In this document: positions 44,509 to 54,768 of the stretch, one piece after another
Layout of the letters: every line of letters begins with the position of its first letter
Position numbering within the stretch: position 1 is the stretch's first letter
Assembly (NCBI GenBank): GCA_965262915.1
Contig: OZ253564.1
Location: 544,001 to 608,000 of the forward strand
DNA: 64,000 nt
From: Candidatus Spongiisociaceae bacterium
GTDB taxonomy: Bacteria; Actinomycetota; Acidimicrobiia; Spongiisociales; Spongiisociaceae
Reading direction: 5' to 3'
The notes under the pieces: model-generated
The model's input: the letters and a program-made list of their open reading frames with translations, nothing else
Told to the model about the DNA's origin: nothing
The model's database searches: none
Made by a program: the position numbers and the translations under genes

Positions 44509-46652
44509 CCCGTGTCTCCCGTGCTCTCGTCCTCGTTCCCGTCGTCGTTCTCGGGCTCGTCCACGGGGGCCCTGTACTTCCCGAGGACCGCCAGGACGGT
44601 TTCGCCCTCGAGCAGCTCGTCGCCCGGCTTCGGGGCTTGCCGAGCGACCCTTCCATCGAGTTCCGGCTCGGATACGGTAGCCGGCGAGATCGCCACCTCC
44701 AGGAGCAGTCCCCGCGCGGCCAGGGTCGCCTCCGCCTCGTCCTCGGTGGCCCCGGTGAGATCGGGTACCGCCACGTACCGCGGACCGATGGACTCGACGA
44801 CGGTGACCCGATCACCCAGGTCAATCGCGGTCCCGCCGGGCGGTTCGGTCCGGATCACGATCCCGGCGGCGACCTCGGAGCTGTTCTCCTGGTGGATCAC
44901 CGCCTCGAGGCCCAGTTCCTCGAGGCGGCTGGTTACCTCCCCGAGCGGCCGGCCGGACAGTTCCTCGAGTTCGACCCGGTCCGGAGCTTCGGACACCACG
45001 ATCTGTACCGTCCTCCCCGGGTTGATCTCGGAGCCGGCGGAGGGGGTCTGGCTGATCACGATGCCCCCTTCCACGTCGTTGTCGACGACGGTGCTGGTCT
45101 CCACGTCCAGCTCCAGGCCCTCCAGCAGCCCCTCGGCCCTGTCCCGAGTCCAGCCGATCACCCGCGGCATCTCTATAGGTTCCGGGCCGGCCGACACCAG
45201 CACTTCTACCGTGGATCCGCGGGGCGCGCCGGATTCTCCGGGCGGTGCCTGGCTGATCACCCGGCCCGCCCCCACCGACTCGTCGCGCGCCGTGAGGACC
45301 ACGACCACGAACCCCTGGCCCTCGAGCCGTCCCTTGGCCCGTTCCTCGGTGAATCCCACCACCGGGGGCACCAGAACGGGAGTGGGCCCGGCGGAGACCA
45401 CCATGGTCACGAACAAATCATCGGCCGGGTCCCCTGCCTCCGGGTCGGTGCGGATCACCGTTCCCGGCTCCAGGTCGCTCGCCTCGTTCACGGGCGTGAC
45501 CCGGAGCCCGGCATCCTGGAGCACCTGGCGGGCCAAGTCCTGCGGTCTCCCCACCACGTTCGGCACCTCGATGGTGGTGACCGGGGGGGACGTGGTGGGG
45601 GTCGTCGTCTCGGGCCTGAAGACGGAGAGCAGGTAGTAGACCCCGATCACCACCCCGGCGGCCAGCGCGATCGAGGTGATGACGAAAGGTAGTTGCGACG
45701 GCTGGCGGGGAGTGGCGTGCAACCTGCGGTACACCTCGTCGGGGGTGACGGTCGGCGGCGGGAGATCGGTTCTGCGGGAGACCTGGGCGGGGACGGGGGG
45801 CGGTTGGGCCGGCGCGGCCGACTGGAAGGTCCTTCCCTGCAGGAACAGCAGGAGGTCGCGGCGTATCCCGGCGGCTGACCTGTAGCGCCGGGCGGGGTCC
45901 TTCTCGAGGCTCCGCATCACGATGTTCTCGAGTTCGATCGGAACGTCGGGGTTGAGCCGCCCCGGAGGGGGAACCCCGGCCGTCACGTGCTGGTAGGCCA
46001 CCGAGACGGGCGTCTCCCCGCTGAACGGCGGGCGTCCCACCAGCATCTCGTAGAGCACCACCCCGAGGCTGTAGATGTCGGAGCGCTCGTCGGCCGGGTC
46101 GCCCCGGGCCTGCTCGGGGCTGAAGTAGCTGGCCGTACCGATCACGGAGCCGGCCTTGGTCAGGTCGTGGGAGTCGTCCCAGGCGCGGGCCACCCCGAAG
46201 TCGGTGACCTTGACCGTGCCGTCCGCCGCCAGCAGGACGTTGCCGGGTTTGATGTCGCGGTGGATCACGCGGTTGCGATGAGCCACCTCGAGGGCCGAGG
46301 CGACCTCGGCAGCGATTTCGGCCGCCCGCCGGGGGAGGAGACTCCCCTCGGACCTGACCACGTCCCGGAGCGACCGGCCCTTGATCAGCTCCATCACGAT
46401 GAAGTAGGTGCCGTCCTTCTCGCCCCAGTCGTAGATCGAAACGATGTTGGGGTGGCTGAGGTTGGCGGCCGCCTGGGCTTCCTTGCGGAACCGGGCCACG
46501 AAGGTGTCGGTATCGGCGTAGCGCTGGTGCAGGATCTTCACCGCCACCCGCCGGTCCAGCATCCGGTCGGTGGCCTCGAACACGTCCGCCATGCCGCCGC
46601 GCGCGATGTGCGCGGTCAACTCGTACCGCCCGAGTGATTGCGATGACTCCAT
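44505..46652 (-). CDS. pknB: PASTA Ser/Thr kinase (5 PASTA repeats)
   Basis: GGMADV, VAVK, HRDIKPGN, DFG, SPEQ, TM helix, PASTA repeats. Confidence 0.95.
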   Translation of the reverse strand: MESSQSLGRYELTAHIARGGMADVFEATDRMLDRRVAVKILHQRYADTDTFVARFRKEAQAAANLSHPNIVSIYDWGEKDGTYFIVMELIKGRSLRDVVRSEGSLLPRRAAEIAAEVASALEVAHRNRVIHRDIKPGNVLLAADGTVKVTDFGVARAWDDSHDLTKAGSVIGTASYFSPEQARGDPADERSDIYSLGVVLYEMLVGRPPFSGETPVSVAYQHVTAGVPPPGRLNPDVPIELENIVMRSLEKDPARRYRSAAGIRRDLLLFLQGRTFQSAAPAQPPPVPAQVSRRTDLPPPTVTPDEVYRRLHATPRQPSQLPFVITSIALAAGVVIGVYYLLSVFRPETTTPTTSPPVTTIEVPNVVGRPQDLARQVLQDAGLRVTPVNEASDLEPGTVIRTDPEAGDPADDLFVTMVVSAGPTPVLVPPVVGFTEERAKGRLEGQGFVVVVLTARDESVGAGRVISQAPPGESGAPRGSTVEVLVSAGPEPIEMPRVIGWTRDRAEGLLEGLELDVETSTVVDNDVEGGIVISQTPSAGSEINPGRTVQIVVSEAPDRVELEELSGRPLGEVTSRLEELGLEAVIHQENSSEVAAGIVIRTEPPGGTAIDLGDRVTVVESIGPRYVAVPDLTGATEDEAEATLAARGLLLEVAISPATVSEPELDGRVARQAPKPGDELLEGETVLAVLGKYRAPVDEPENDDGNEDESTGDTG

Positions 46653-46667
46653 GGGTGACCCCGAATC

Positions 46668-46740
46668 TAGTGGGATGTCTGTGAAATGGCGTCGCCGCAT
46701 GCAAGCAGGACACGGCAAGTTGTCCTGCGAGCAGACCACT
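46668..46740. repeat. Internally deleted, inverted copy of the ~165-bp MITE
   Basis: TAGTGG..GTCTGTGAAA ... CAAGTTGT...GCAGACCACT matches both ends of the 23186 element. Confidence 0.7.
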
Positions 46741-46902
46741 GGTTGGGAACGTCCCGGAAGTGGCGCGGCGTCGGGCCACCGCGGGTCGCGGCCCGACGCC
46801 GCCCCGCAGCCATCGCTCTCCTGGGAGGGTGGTCGCAAACCCCCCGTCGGCAGGACGGTCGATGACAGGAGGCCACGTCAGCGGACGGCGGACCAACCAC
46901 AG

Positions 46903-48045
46903 TCACCGTTCCTGACCACCCTCCTGATCCTGGTGGTCCAACCACGCGGCTATCACGGCGCGGCCGATCGAGGCGGCCTCGGAGGCCCCCGTGGCGTTTG
47001 CTCCGGTTTCCGTCATCGGCTCCACCACGACCGCCACCACTATGAGCGGCTCGCCGGCCGGCACGTATCCGGAGAACCAGACCTGCCGCCGACCGGTCGG
47101 CCCGGCGCCGCCGCCGGTCTCGCCGGCGCCCCGCACCTCACCCAACCGGGCGCTGTGGATCGCCAGCTGCTCCATCCGGTCGGCCAGGACGGCGGCATCG
47201 GCCGTGCTGATCGGCTCGCTATGGAGGACCGGAACGGTCTCGGATTCCAGGTTGGAATCGCCGTCGAACACCCTGGCTACCAGGTAGGGCGTCATCACCC
47301 GGCCCTCACGGGCGATCGCCGCGGTCCTCAGCGCGATCTCCAGAGCCGTGCTCGCGCCCGGTGCCGGATCCGGGCCGGGCAGGACGGGATCCTCGGGTAG
47401 GGGCTCCCCGGGGAGGGACCTCCCGGTGGCGCGGTTCTCGAGGGGCCGGGCGACATCCTCCTCGAGCGCCTCCCAGGCCGGGTCGGTATCCACGCCGATC
47501 AGGGAGTTGGGATCGAAGGTGGGTGAGCTGGCCATCGCCAGTATCTGGCCGGAGGCCGGTTCGAGTGCGACCACGGCCCCCCGCCGGTCGCCGAGGGCCC
47601 GGGCGGCGGTCTCCTGGAGACGGTGGTTCAGCGTGAGTTGGAGGGAGCGGGCCCGCAGGTCTTGGCCGAGGAGGGCGTTGATGATGCTCGAGACGGTCAG
47701 GTCGCGCCCCGATGTGAGCTTGGTGGCGTAGGAGGCCTCGATCCCGCTGTCGCCGAAGAGCAGCGACGAGAACCCGACGGTATGGGCGTAGAGGGATCCG
47801 TGGGGATATTCCCTCACGTAGTAACGGGGATCGGAGGGATCCGGCACGGACCGGGCCAGCACCTCGGTGTCGGCGGAGATTATCTGGCCCCTCTGGCGAC
47901 CGGATCGGGTGAGCATCACCCGGGAGTTGCGGGGGTCTTCCCGCAGGCCCTCGGCGGCGATGGTCTGCCAGTAGGTGACATCCAGGGCCAGCACCAGGAA
48001 GGCGATGAACAGGCAGAGGGAGACGCGCCGCATCGGGCCGTTCAT
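46903..48045 (-). CDS. pbpA: PbpA-like class B PBP lacking catalytic motifs
   Basis: RGQIISAD, R.YP, GIEASY, GAVVALEP.SGQILAMASSPTFDPN; no SxxK after NRAT; ETG in place of KTG; only 380 aa. Confidence 0.85.
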   Translation of the reverse strand: MNGPMRRVSLCLFIAFLVLALDVTYWQTIAAEGLREDPRNSRVMLTRSGRQRGQIISADTEVLARSVPDPSDPRYYVREYPHGSLYAHTVGFSSLLFGDSGIEASYATKLTSGRDLTVSSIINALLGQDLRARSLQLTLNHRLQETAARALGDRRGAVVALEPASGQILAMASSPTFDPNSLIGVDTDPAWEALEEDVARPLENRATGRSLPGEPLPEDPVLPGPDPAPGASTALEIALRTAAIAREGRVMTPYLVARVFDGDSNLESETVPVLHSEPISTADAAVLADRMEQLAIHSARLGEVRGAGETGGGAGPTGRRQVWFSGYVPAGEPLIVVAVVVEPMTETGANATGASEAASIGRAVIAAWLDHQDQEGGQER

Positions 48046-49334
48046 GCGCGTTCCTCGTGGCTCACCCGGGCGAGGAGGGCGAGGAGCAGGAAGCCGGCGG
48101 CCAGCGAGAAGGCGCCGTACGACATCAGGGGGGTGGGCATGCCCGTGGCCGGGAGCAGGCGGACAACCCCGGCTACTACGAGGACGGTCTGCAGACCGAG
48201 CACCAGCGACAGGCCGGCGGCCAGAAGCTTGCGGAACAGGTCCCGGGTTCGCAGGGCGATGCCGAAGCCGGTCGCCACCAGGAGGCCGTAGGCGGCCAGG
48301 ACCACGATGGAGCCCGCCAGGCCCAGTTCCTCCGCCACGGCGGCGAAAGCGAAGCCGGTGTCCGCTGCCGGGATCAGGTCGGGCCGGCCCAGCCCGAGGC
48401 CCGTTCCGGAGAGGCTCCCGGCGCCCAGAGCGAACAGACCCTGGACGATCTGGTAGCCGGCTCCCTCGTAGTGGGACCACGGGCGTAACCAGGCGGAGAT
48501 GCGGGGCTGGACGGAAGGGGACAGCAAGTAGGCGAGCGCCGCGCCGAAGACGAACAGTCCCAGCCCGGTGGCCAGGTAGGAAGGGCGGTTGGTGGCCATG
48601 TACAGCATGACCAGAAACACCCCGAACAGCAGGAGGGAGGCGCTGAGATCCCGCAGGTACACCAGCACGCCGAGACTCGCCACCCAGGCCACACCGATCG
48701 GTACCAGCCCGCGCGGATCCGGAAACCGGAGCTTTCCGAACTTCGGACCGGCCGCGCTCAGGGCCGTCTGATGCTCGGCCAGGTACCAGGCGAGGAAGAC
48801 CACCAGCAGCAACTTGGCTATCTCGCCGGGCTGGAGAGCCGTGTACGTGCTCCCCTGCCACCCGATCCAGAGCCGCGATCCGTTCATCTCCACCCCTTGC
48901 ACGGGGAAGGATCCGCCGGACGGGAGCAGCGGGAGCGCCGCCAGCACCGCCGCGGCGATGAGAATCCCGTATCGGTGGCGCCGGAGCGTGTCGAGACCCT
49001 TGGTCCGGACTGAATAGAGCCAGAGCGCCGCCAGCCCGGCGGTCACCAGGAGCCACCAGCGCTGGAGACCGGCCAGGTCCTTGTCGAGCCGGTAGATGAC
49101 CACGAAACCCACCGCCGTGATGGTTGCTCCCAGCGGGATGAGGAAAGGTACCGCCCGCGATGCCCAGGCGCGCACCGCGGCCAGGAGACCGCCGAATACC
49201 GCCGCGAAGACCAGGAAGGTCACGACCGGCCAGGCGTCGAGGTTCCTTCCCTCTGCGTAGTTGACCAGCAGAACGCCGAAACCCGCCAGTGCCGCCGCCG
49301 CCAATACGAGGACGGCCTCGGCGGTGCGGCTCAC
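48042..49334 (-). CDS. rodA: SEDS protein RodA/FtsW
   Basis: QPGEIAK, GYQ, GTGLGLG, EELG, P.TG..PLMSYG. Confidence 0.9.
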   Translation of the reverse strand: MSRTAEAVLVLAAAALAGFGVLLVNYAEGRNLDAWPVVTFLVFAAVFGGLLAAVRAWASRAVPFLIPLGATITAVGFVVIYRLDKDLAGLQRWWLLVTAGLAALWLYSVRTKGLDTLRRHRYGILIAAAVLAALPLLPSGGSFPVQGVEMNGSRLWIGWQGSTYTALQPGEIAKLLLVVFLAWYLAEHQTALSAAGPKFGKLRFPDPRGLVPIGVAWVASLGVLVYLRDLSASLLLFGVFLVMLYMATNRPSYLATGLGLFVFGAALAYLLSPSVQPRISAWLRPWSHYEGAGYQIVQGLFALGAGSLSGTGLGLGRPDLIPAADTGFAFAAVAEELGLAGSIVVLAAYGLLVATGFGIALRTRDLFRKLLAAGLSLVLGLQTVLVVAGVVRLLPATGMPTPLMSYGAFSLAAGFLLLALLARVSHEERA

Positions 49335-49416
49335 CGCGGCGAGCGGACCGGCGGCCGGGTCGTGGCCCGCCGTGCGGTGGAGTCCCGACCGGCTGTGAGC
49401 GGATCGGGGGCGGTCG

Positions 49417-50169
49417 TCATCGTCCGGCCTCCTCCGGCGTCCCGCCCTCGCCTTCGTCGATGCTCCTGTTGACCAGGACGACCACCGCCGACACGTTGTC
49501 GTGCCCGCCGGCATGGTTGGCCGCTTCGATCAACCCCCACACGGCGTCGGAGGGTGGTCCCTCCCCGAGGATGGCGGCTATCCGGTCGTCGGTCAGCATC
49601 GAGGTGAGGCCGTCCGAGCACAGGAGCAACCGGTCGCCGACCGCCAGGTTGGCGCTCCCGATGTCGACGGGGAGATCCTGGCCGAAGCCCAACGCCCGGG
49701 TCAGGTGGTGACGTTTCGGGTGTTGCCGGGCTTCCTCCTCGGTCAGGCGACCGGCGTCGACCTCCTCCTGGACGTAGGAGTGGTCGACGGTCAGCCGGGT
49801 GAGCTTGCCGGCGCGCAGCAGGTAGGCGCGGGTGTCCCCGACGTGTCCGAGGGCTACGCTGCCCGCCGGGCTCAGCTGGGCCATAGTGAGGGTGGTGCCC
49901 ATACCGACCAGATGGGGCTGCTGGAGCACGGCATCGAGGATGGCCGTGTTGGCCGCCCTGACCCGGAACCACGGAGCGCCTCCGGCAGCCACGGCGCTGT
50001 CCATCGCGATCCGGCTGGCCACCTCCCCGTCACGGTGACCGCCGAGGCCGTCGGCCACCGCTACGAGGACAGGTTCGGAGCTGTAGCCGTCGTGCTCGGG
50101 ATGGATGACATCCTCGTTGTTCTTCCGCATCCGGCCGCCGTGCGTCCCGGAGGCCCACACGAACTTCAT
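49417..50169 (-). CDS. pstP: PP2C Ser/Thr phosphatase (no TM domain)
   Basis: R.NNED, VADGLGGH, GTT, HVGD, LCSDGL, GG.DN. Confidence 0.92.
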   Translation of the reverse strand: MKFVWASGTHGGRMRKNNEDVIHPEHDGYSSEPVLVAVADGLGGHRDGEVASRIAMDSAVAAGGAPWFRVRAANTAILDAVLQQPHLVGMGTTLTMAQLSPAGSVALGHVGDTRAYLLRAGKLTRLTVDHSYVQEEVDAGRLTEEEARQHPKRHHLTRALGFGQDLPVDIGSANLAVGDRLLLCSDGLTSMLTDDRIAAILGEGPPSDAVWGLIEAANHAGGHDNVSAVVVLVNRSIDEGEGGTPEEAGR

Positions 50170-50579
50170 ATCACCTCCATGACTGTCTTGCCGACCTGAA
50201 CGGAGTCACCTGTGTTGAGTTGCAAGGGAGCCGTCACCCGCTTGCCGTTGACATAGGTGCCGTTGGTGCTGTCGAGGTCGTGGAGCGAGAGGATTCCGGT
50301 GTCGATGACCAGGCGCAGATGGAACTCGGAGGCGTAGGCGTCGTCGATGAGCACATCCGCCCCCTCGCTCCTTCCGAGGACCACCGGGTTGCGAACATCC
50401 ACCCGCAGGCCGGTCTGGGTGTCGCTGCGGACCACCGTCAGCCCCGATCCCGGGCGGATGCGAGCTCGGGGACGGCCCGTTCCCACGTGGGCGGCGATCG
50501 CCTTGGCGATCTGCCAGACGAACAGGTAGATGTAGGCCACAAAGATGAGCTTCAGCGAGACCAGGATGATGGCCGGCAT
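50166..50579 (-). CDS. fhaB: FHA-domain membrane protein
   Basis: TM helix + GRS...S..H...DLDSTNGT. Confidence 0.88.
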   Translation of the reverse strand: MPAIILVSLKLIFVAYIYLFVWQIAKAIAAHVGTGRPRARIRPGSGLTVVRSDTQTGLRVDVRNPVVLGRSEGADVLIDDAYASEFHLRLVIDTGILSLHDLDSTNGTYVNGKRVTAPLQLNTGDSVQVGKTVMEVI

Positions 50580-50582
50580 CGC

Positions 50583-51245
50583 CTACAGGACCCTCAGCAG
50601 GTACCGCACCGTCCCGAAGGTCACCCGCGCCTCCGGCGCGACGGCGGTGGCATCCGGCGCCGGCTTACCCTCCACGAAGGTCCCGCCGGCCGAGCCCAGG
50701 TCGTGCACCCACACCCCCTCTCCCTCATACCAGACCAGGGCATGGTGGCGGCTCACCGAGTGGTGGGGGATCTCCACGTCGGTCTGCCCACCCCGCCCCA
50801 GCAGCGAACGGTTGAGGGTGATCTCGAGGGCCGGCCCCCGGCCCGTCAGCAGAGCCCACGCCGGGCGCCGCCCCTTCCTTTGCGATGCCCGCACCTCCGC
50901 CGTGCCCCTCTCCAGGGCGGGATCGGCCTCCACCCACACGCGCACCGGGCCTTCGAGCCGCCGGCCGCGCGCCATCGACATGGCCTCGGTCGCCACCTCC
51001 AGCTCGCGGGCCAGCCGTCGCGGGTTGGGCAGGCCGGCCAGGTCCCGCCGGTTGAGACGCAGGGCGAACCGGTTCGGGGCCACCGGCCCGTAGGGCCCCT
51101 GGCGGCAGGCCAGATCGGACTCACGGGTGATCTGGGCAGCTAGTTCGGCGGGGTGGATGCCACCTCTGAGAACCAGCCCCGCCGTCCCTACGGCTAGTTG
51201 AGCGAGTCTCATCTCGGATTCTTCCAAGTCCCGCACGAGCTTCAC
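50583..51245 (-). CDS. fhaA: DUF3662 + FHA protein
   Basis: HPAELA, APNRF, GR...VSRHHA...DLGS.GGT; start approximate. Confidence 0.82.
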   Translation of the reverse strand: MKLVRDLEESEMRLAQLAVGTAGLVLRGGIHPAELAAQITRESDLACRQGPYGPVAPNRFALRLNRRDLAGLPNPRRLARELEVATEAMSMARGRRLEGPVRVWVEADPALERGTAEVRASQRKGRRPAWALLTGRGPALEITLNRSLLGRGGQTDVEIPHHSVSRHHALVWYEGEGVWVHDLGSAGGTFVEGKPAPDATAVAPEARVTFGTVRYLLRVL

Positions 51246-51592
51246 GCCCGGCATTCTACGCCACACCGCCGGTAATACCCCTGGACAGGACACCGGGTAT
51301 GGTCCCGGCCGGCGCCCGCCGGGTATCCCCCGTTTTTCAGCATTCTCCTAGTCGAGGACATCCGACCGGGAGGCACCCGCCCGGACAGGAGGGGAGACCG
51401 GTTCTCCGTATGCGGTCTCGACCCGCGGCCTACCGGCGGGCGACCGCCGCTACGGGCGGGCCGGGCGTTGATCCCCACCCGAACCGGGGAGGACGGGTTA
51501 CCGCGCTACCGGCCCGGCCCGCGCAGCAGAGCGCTGACCGACCCGGAAGGCGGCACCGGCCATCGGCGACCGTGCCGCGGGTCGCCGGTCTC

Positions 51593-52384
51593 TCAGTAGA
51601 GAGGCGAGCCCGGTCGGGCCGGTTCGCCCCCCCGGGCGTCGGCGATGGCCAGGTCGACGGCGACCCGGAAGGCGAGGATGTCCGTCACCACGGTGACCAT
51701 CCGGAACCCGCGGGCCAGGAGGTCGGCCGCGGTAGCCGGAGAGGCCTGTATGGCGGGTACCACGCCGTGGCGGTCGCAGGCCTCCACGATGTGGTCGAGC
51801 ATGGCCAGGAAGGGCTCGGCCTCGGTGCCCGGCCAGTACCCCATCGAGATGGCCAGGTCGGAAGGGCCGACGTAGGCGACGTCGATCCCGGGGACCGACA
51901 GGATGTTGTCGAGGTCGTCGATCGCCTCGAGCGTCTCGATCATCGGTACGCAGACGACTTCCTCGTTGGCCCGGTCGTAGTAATCGGAGCCTTCGACGGC
52001 GGCGGCCCGGGTCGCCCCGTAGCTGCGCTCGCCGACCGGCGGGTACCGGCACCCCGCAACCGCGGCGGTCGCCTCCTCGACCGAGTTGACCAGCGGGATG
52101 ATGACCCCGATGGCCCCTGCGTCGAGGGCGGTCGAGATGTTGGCGGCCGAGTTCTCCGGTACCCGGACGATGGGGGTGACACCTCCCAGGGCGATGGAAG
52201 GCAGCATGCGCACGACGTCGGAGTAGTCGATGAGCCCGTGCTGCATGTCGATACATACATAGTCGAGGTCGGCTGCAGCCGTGGACTCTGCGGTTAGCTG
52301 GCTGGGGATCGTAAGCCAACCGCCGATCGCGGGCTCGCCCGCTGCCCACCTGGCGCGGAGTGGATTAGGTCGCATAGCAGCCAT
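51593..52384 (-). CDS. HpcH/HpaI aldolase family
   Basis: IDMQHG, VRVP, YPP.G.RS, MIET, VGPSDL. Confidence 0.92.
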   Translation of the reverse strand: MAAMRPNPLRARWAAGEPAIGGWLTIPSQLTAESTAAADLDYVCIDMQHGLIDYSDVVRMLPSIALGGVTPIVRVPENSAANISTALDAGAIGVIIPLVNSVEEATAAVAGCRYPPVGERSYGATRAAAVEGSDYYDRANEEVVCVPMIETLEAIDDLDNILSVPGIDVAYVGPSDLAISMGYWPGTEAEPFLAMLDHIVEACDRHGVVPAIQASPATAADLLARGFRMVTVVTDILAFRVAVDLAIADARGGEPARPGSPLY

Positions 52385-52419
52385 GATGGCAGCCTGGTGG
52401 CCGAATACCTAGAGAAGAC

Positions 52420-52600
52420 CGCTTGGCGTCGGCACTCTGTCTTGGAAACATACTCTGGTTCGCACTGGCCGGCGTGTAGCTGGCGATCGGGGCATGTGGT
52501 CGCCGACCTGCTTATGTTCACCATCATCGGTATTCCGGTCGCAGTAGCCCACTTCAGCTTGTGCGCCTCGCCTTCACCCCGTTCGGTATAGAGCTCAGGA
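52420..52600 (+). pseudogene. YccF-domain membrane protein remnant
   Basis: GNILWFALAGV*LAIG / IIGIPVAVAHF / LAFTPFG spread over frames with a stop. Confidence 0.65.
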
Positions 52601-52735
52601 ACGGGCCGTGCCCGTGCATGTCTCCCCGCTCGGAAACAGCATCGATCCCGACTTCCGCTACCACACTCGACCCATTGACGCCACGGCATTGCCGGTCTCG
52701 GCTGGATAGGGTTACGCGGATGTTGATCTGCTACC

Positions 52736-53769
52736 TAGATGATCTGTTCCAAGGTTTTAGTGGTCATATGCGATCAGGGAGCGGGCCGGGCCGGGCCGTT
52801 GGGTGGTTTGGTTGTGCCAGATGACGGCGGTGAGGGCGAGTATGCGCTGTAGTACGCGTACGGCAACACCGGTTCGGGTGCGTCCTCCGTGGCGTTGGAG
52901 CCCGAGTTGGTCTTTGAGGGTGTCGTAGACCGATTCGATGGTTTGACGGAACGCTTTGAGGAGCTGTTTGCCCGCCCGTGGTGTTTCTGTTTGGTGGCGG
53001 GTCGGATGAGGCTGATCCCAGCCGTCTTGAGGTCTTCCTCAAAGGGGCCGCTCTTGTATCCCTTGTCCGCCATGAGCGTCTGGCCTTGGCGGGCTATTTG
53101 GGCGTGGGCCAACATGTGCAAGCAGATGTCGCGTTCGTCGGCTTTGGCGCCGGCGAGAGCGAACGTGATTGGTAAACCGGACGGTGTGGCGACGAGATGG
53201 AGACGCAGTCCCCAAAAGTAGCGGGAATGCGACGCGCAGTAGCCGTATTCGGCCCATCCTCCCAGGTCAGGGCGCTGGGCGGTCTGGCGGCTGCGGCCGC
53301 ATTCGACCGGGGTGGAATCCACTAGCCACAGATCGTCCCACCAACTCGGGGAGTCTCTGGCCAGCCACCGGATCACATGTTGGAGAAGCCCGGCGCTGCG
53401 GCGCAGCCGCTTGTTGTAGGCCGCCCGGGTGGGCAGATAGGGGAACCAGGGTCCCAGATGGGCGTGGGCGTAGCGCAGGAAACGGGCTTCGGTATCGAAT
53501 CTGAGCAGCACCCCGATCACCGCTAGGGTGACCAACTCGGCGTCGGACAGCTTGGGAGCGATCCCCACCGCGGGACGCTGGGGCGCCCATTCGGGGTGCT
53601 GGATCAACAGATCATCGACTGTCACGTATAGTGTGGTAGCGAGGGTGTCCAGGTCCGGGCCCATACCGGGTCCTTTCGGATCGGGGAAGGTTTGATACCC
53701 TGGATCTTGGACCCCTCAAGCCCCGAAACGGTGGATTTCGCCCCCGCACCCCTTGGAACTATTCATCTA
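52736..53769 (-). mobile_element. IS982-family element inserted at CTAG
   Basis: Ends TAGATGATCTGTTCCAAGG / TAGATGAATAGTTCCAAGG. Confidence 0.9.
52757..53664 (-). pseudogene. IS982 transposase, frameshifted near 52990
   Basis: KLSDAEL, VDSTP, ADKGY; RQTIESVYDTLKDQLGL lies in the shifted frame. Confidence 0.85.
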
Positions 53770-54509
53770 GACGAATCGGGTAACACCGGTCGCCGACTCG
53801 ACGACCGCGGCCAGCCGTTCTATTTGATCGCCGCGGTGATGGTACGTGAAGACCGGGTACGTGAGATGACCGTCCGGCTCGACGAACTCGCCGCCCGGAC
53901 ACCGACGCGCGAAACACTTGTCGAGTACCATGGCTTTGAACTCTTCCATGGTTCGGGAGAATGGGAAGGGGTCTCCCCGCACCGACGAATCCGTGAGTAC
54001 GCCAAGGCCTTGTCCGTATTGTCGAAGGTGAATGCCGACGTCTTCCATGCATCAATCGACAAGCGGAAACTAGCTCGTAGGTATCGGGAGCCACCTCCTC
54101 CCCACCTGTTTGCCCTCCAGTTCCTCGCCGAGAAGCTCGAGCGATGGATCCGGGGTCAAGCGGACAGCCTGAGTCGCCGGGCTCTCCTAGTGGCAGACGA
54201 GAATCGCGAACACGAACAGTACTCCTTCGATCTGATACGGAGTATGCAGGAATCGGGGGGGCCGATTGGCACGGGTCTGGGAATAAATATCCCGCTTGGT
54301 CACATCATCGACAACATCTATTTCACTCCCTCGGAACGGAGCCGAGGAATCCAGCTAGCTGATCTGGTCGCGTTTGTGCTCAACCGCCACCAGAGGAACA
54401 AGTGCCGGCCGAGTAAGGATGTACGATCTGATGGCGCTGTGAGGGACTTGGTGGATGGTCAGGTCCAGCCGGCTGTCCGCGGATATCGAGTGCTCTGGCC
54501 ATAGAAGGT

Positions 54510-54600
54510 ACCGTAGACAGCGACCGAGGCCCGCAACTCGCGGGCCTCGGCGAGGGGTGGACCGATGCGCCTCAGTGACCCGAAACGACTTACGGCCTCA
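54510..54600. ncRNA. Candidate DUF3800-associated structured RNA
   Basis: 11-bp stem CCGAGGCCCGC/GCGGGCCTCGG (54524-54550) with no U-tract, directly after the DUF3800 stop. Confidence 0.35.
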
Positions 54601-54768
54601 GAGGTATTCTAACCCGTCGCCGTGACAAAGTCTCTAGATTGACGGGGTGTGCTCACGAACGTTGCGCTCCCGGGGGCTAGGGAAAGGCAAAGCAGCTTAG
54701 GCCGACGGCCCTTTCTGCCCTCTGGGGTGAGCCGAGACAGGACCCAGTCCATCACTAGCCGCGGGGGA

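Larger units (their letters stand above)
52720..54504 (+). pseudogene. DUF3800-family gene interrupted at codon 6 by IS982; the IS end supplies an in-frame N-terminus (ORF 53692-54504)
   Basis: Removing the IS at the CTAG duplication gives MLICYLDESGNTG; also EYHG, VADE, SRGIQLADLVA. Confidence 0.85.

Noticed and set aside
49331-49420. 29-codon ORF bridging the pstP stop and rodA start
   Set aside because: Could be a coupling peptide or a frameshifted RodA N-terminus; no independent support.
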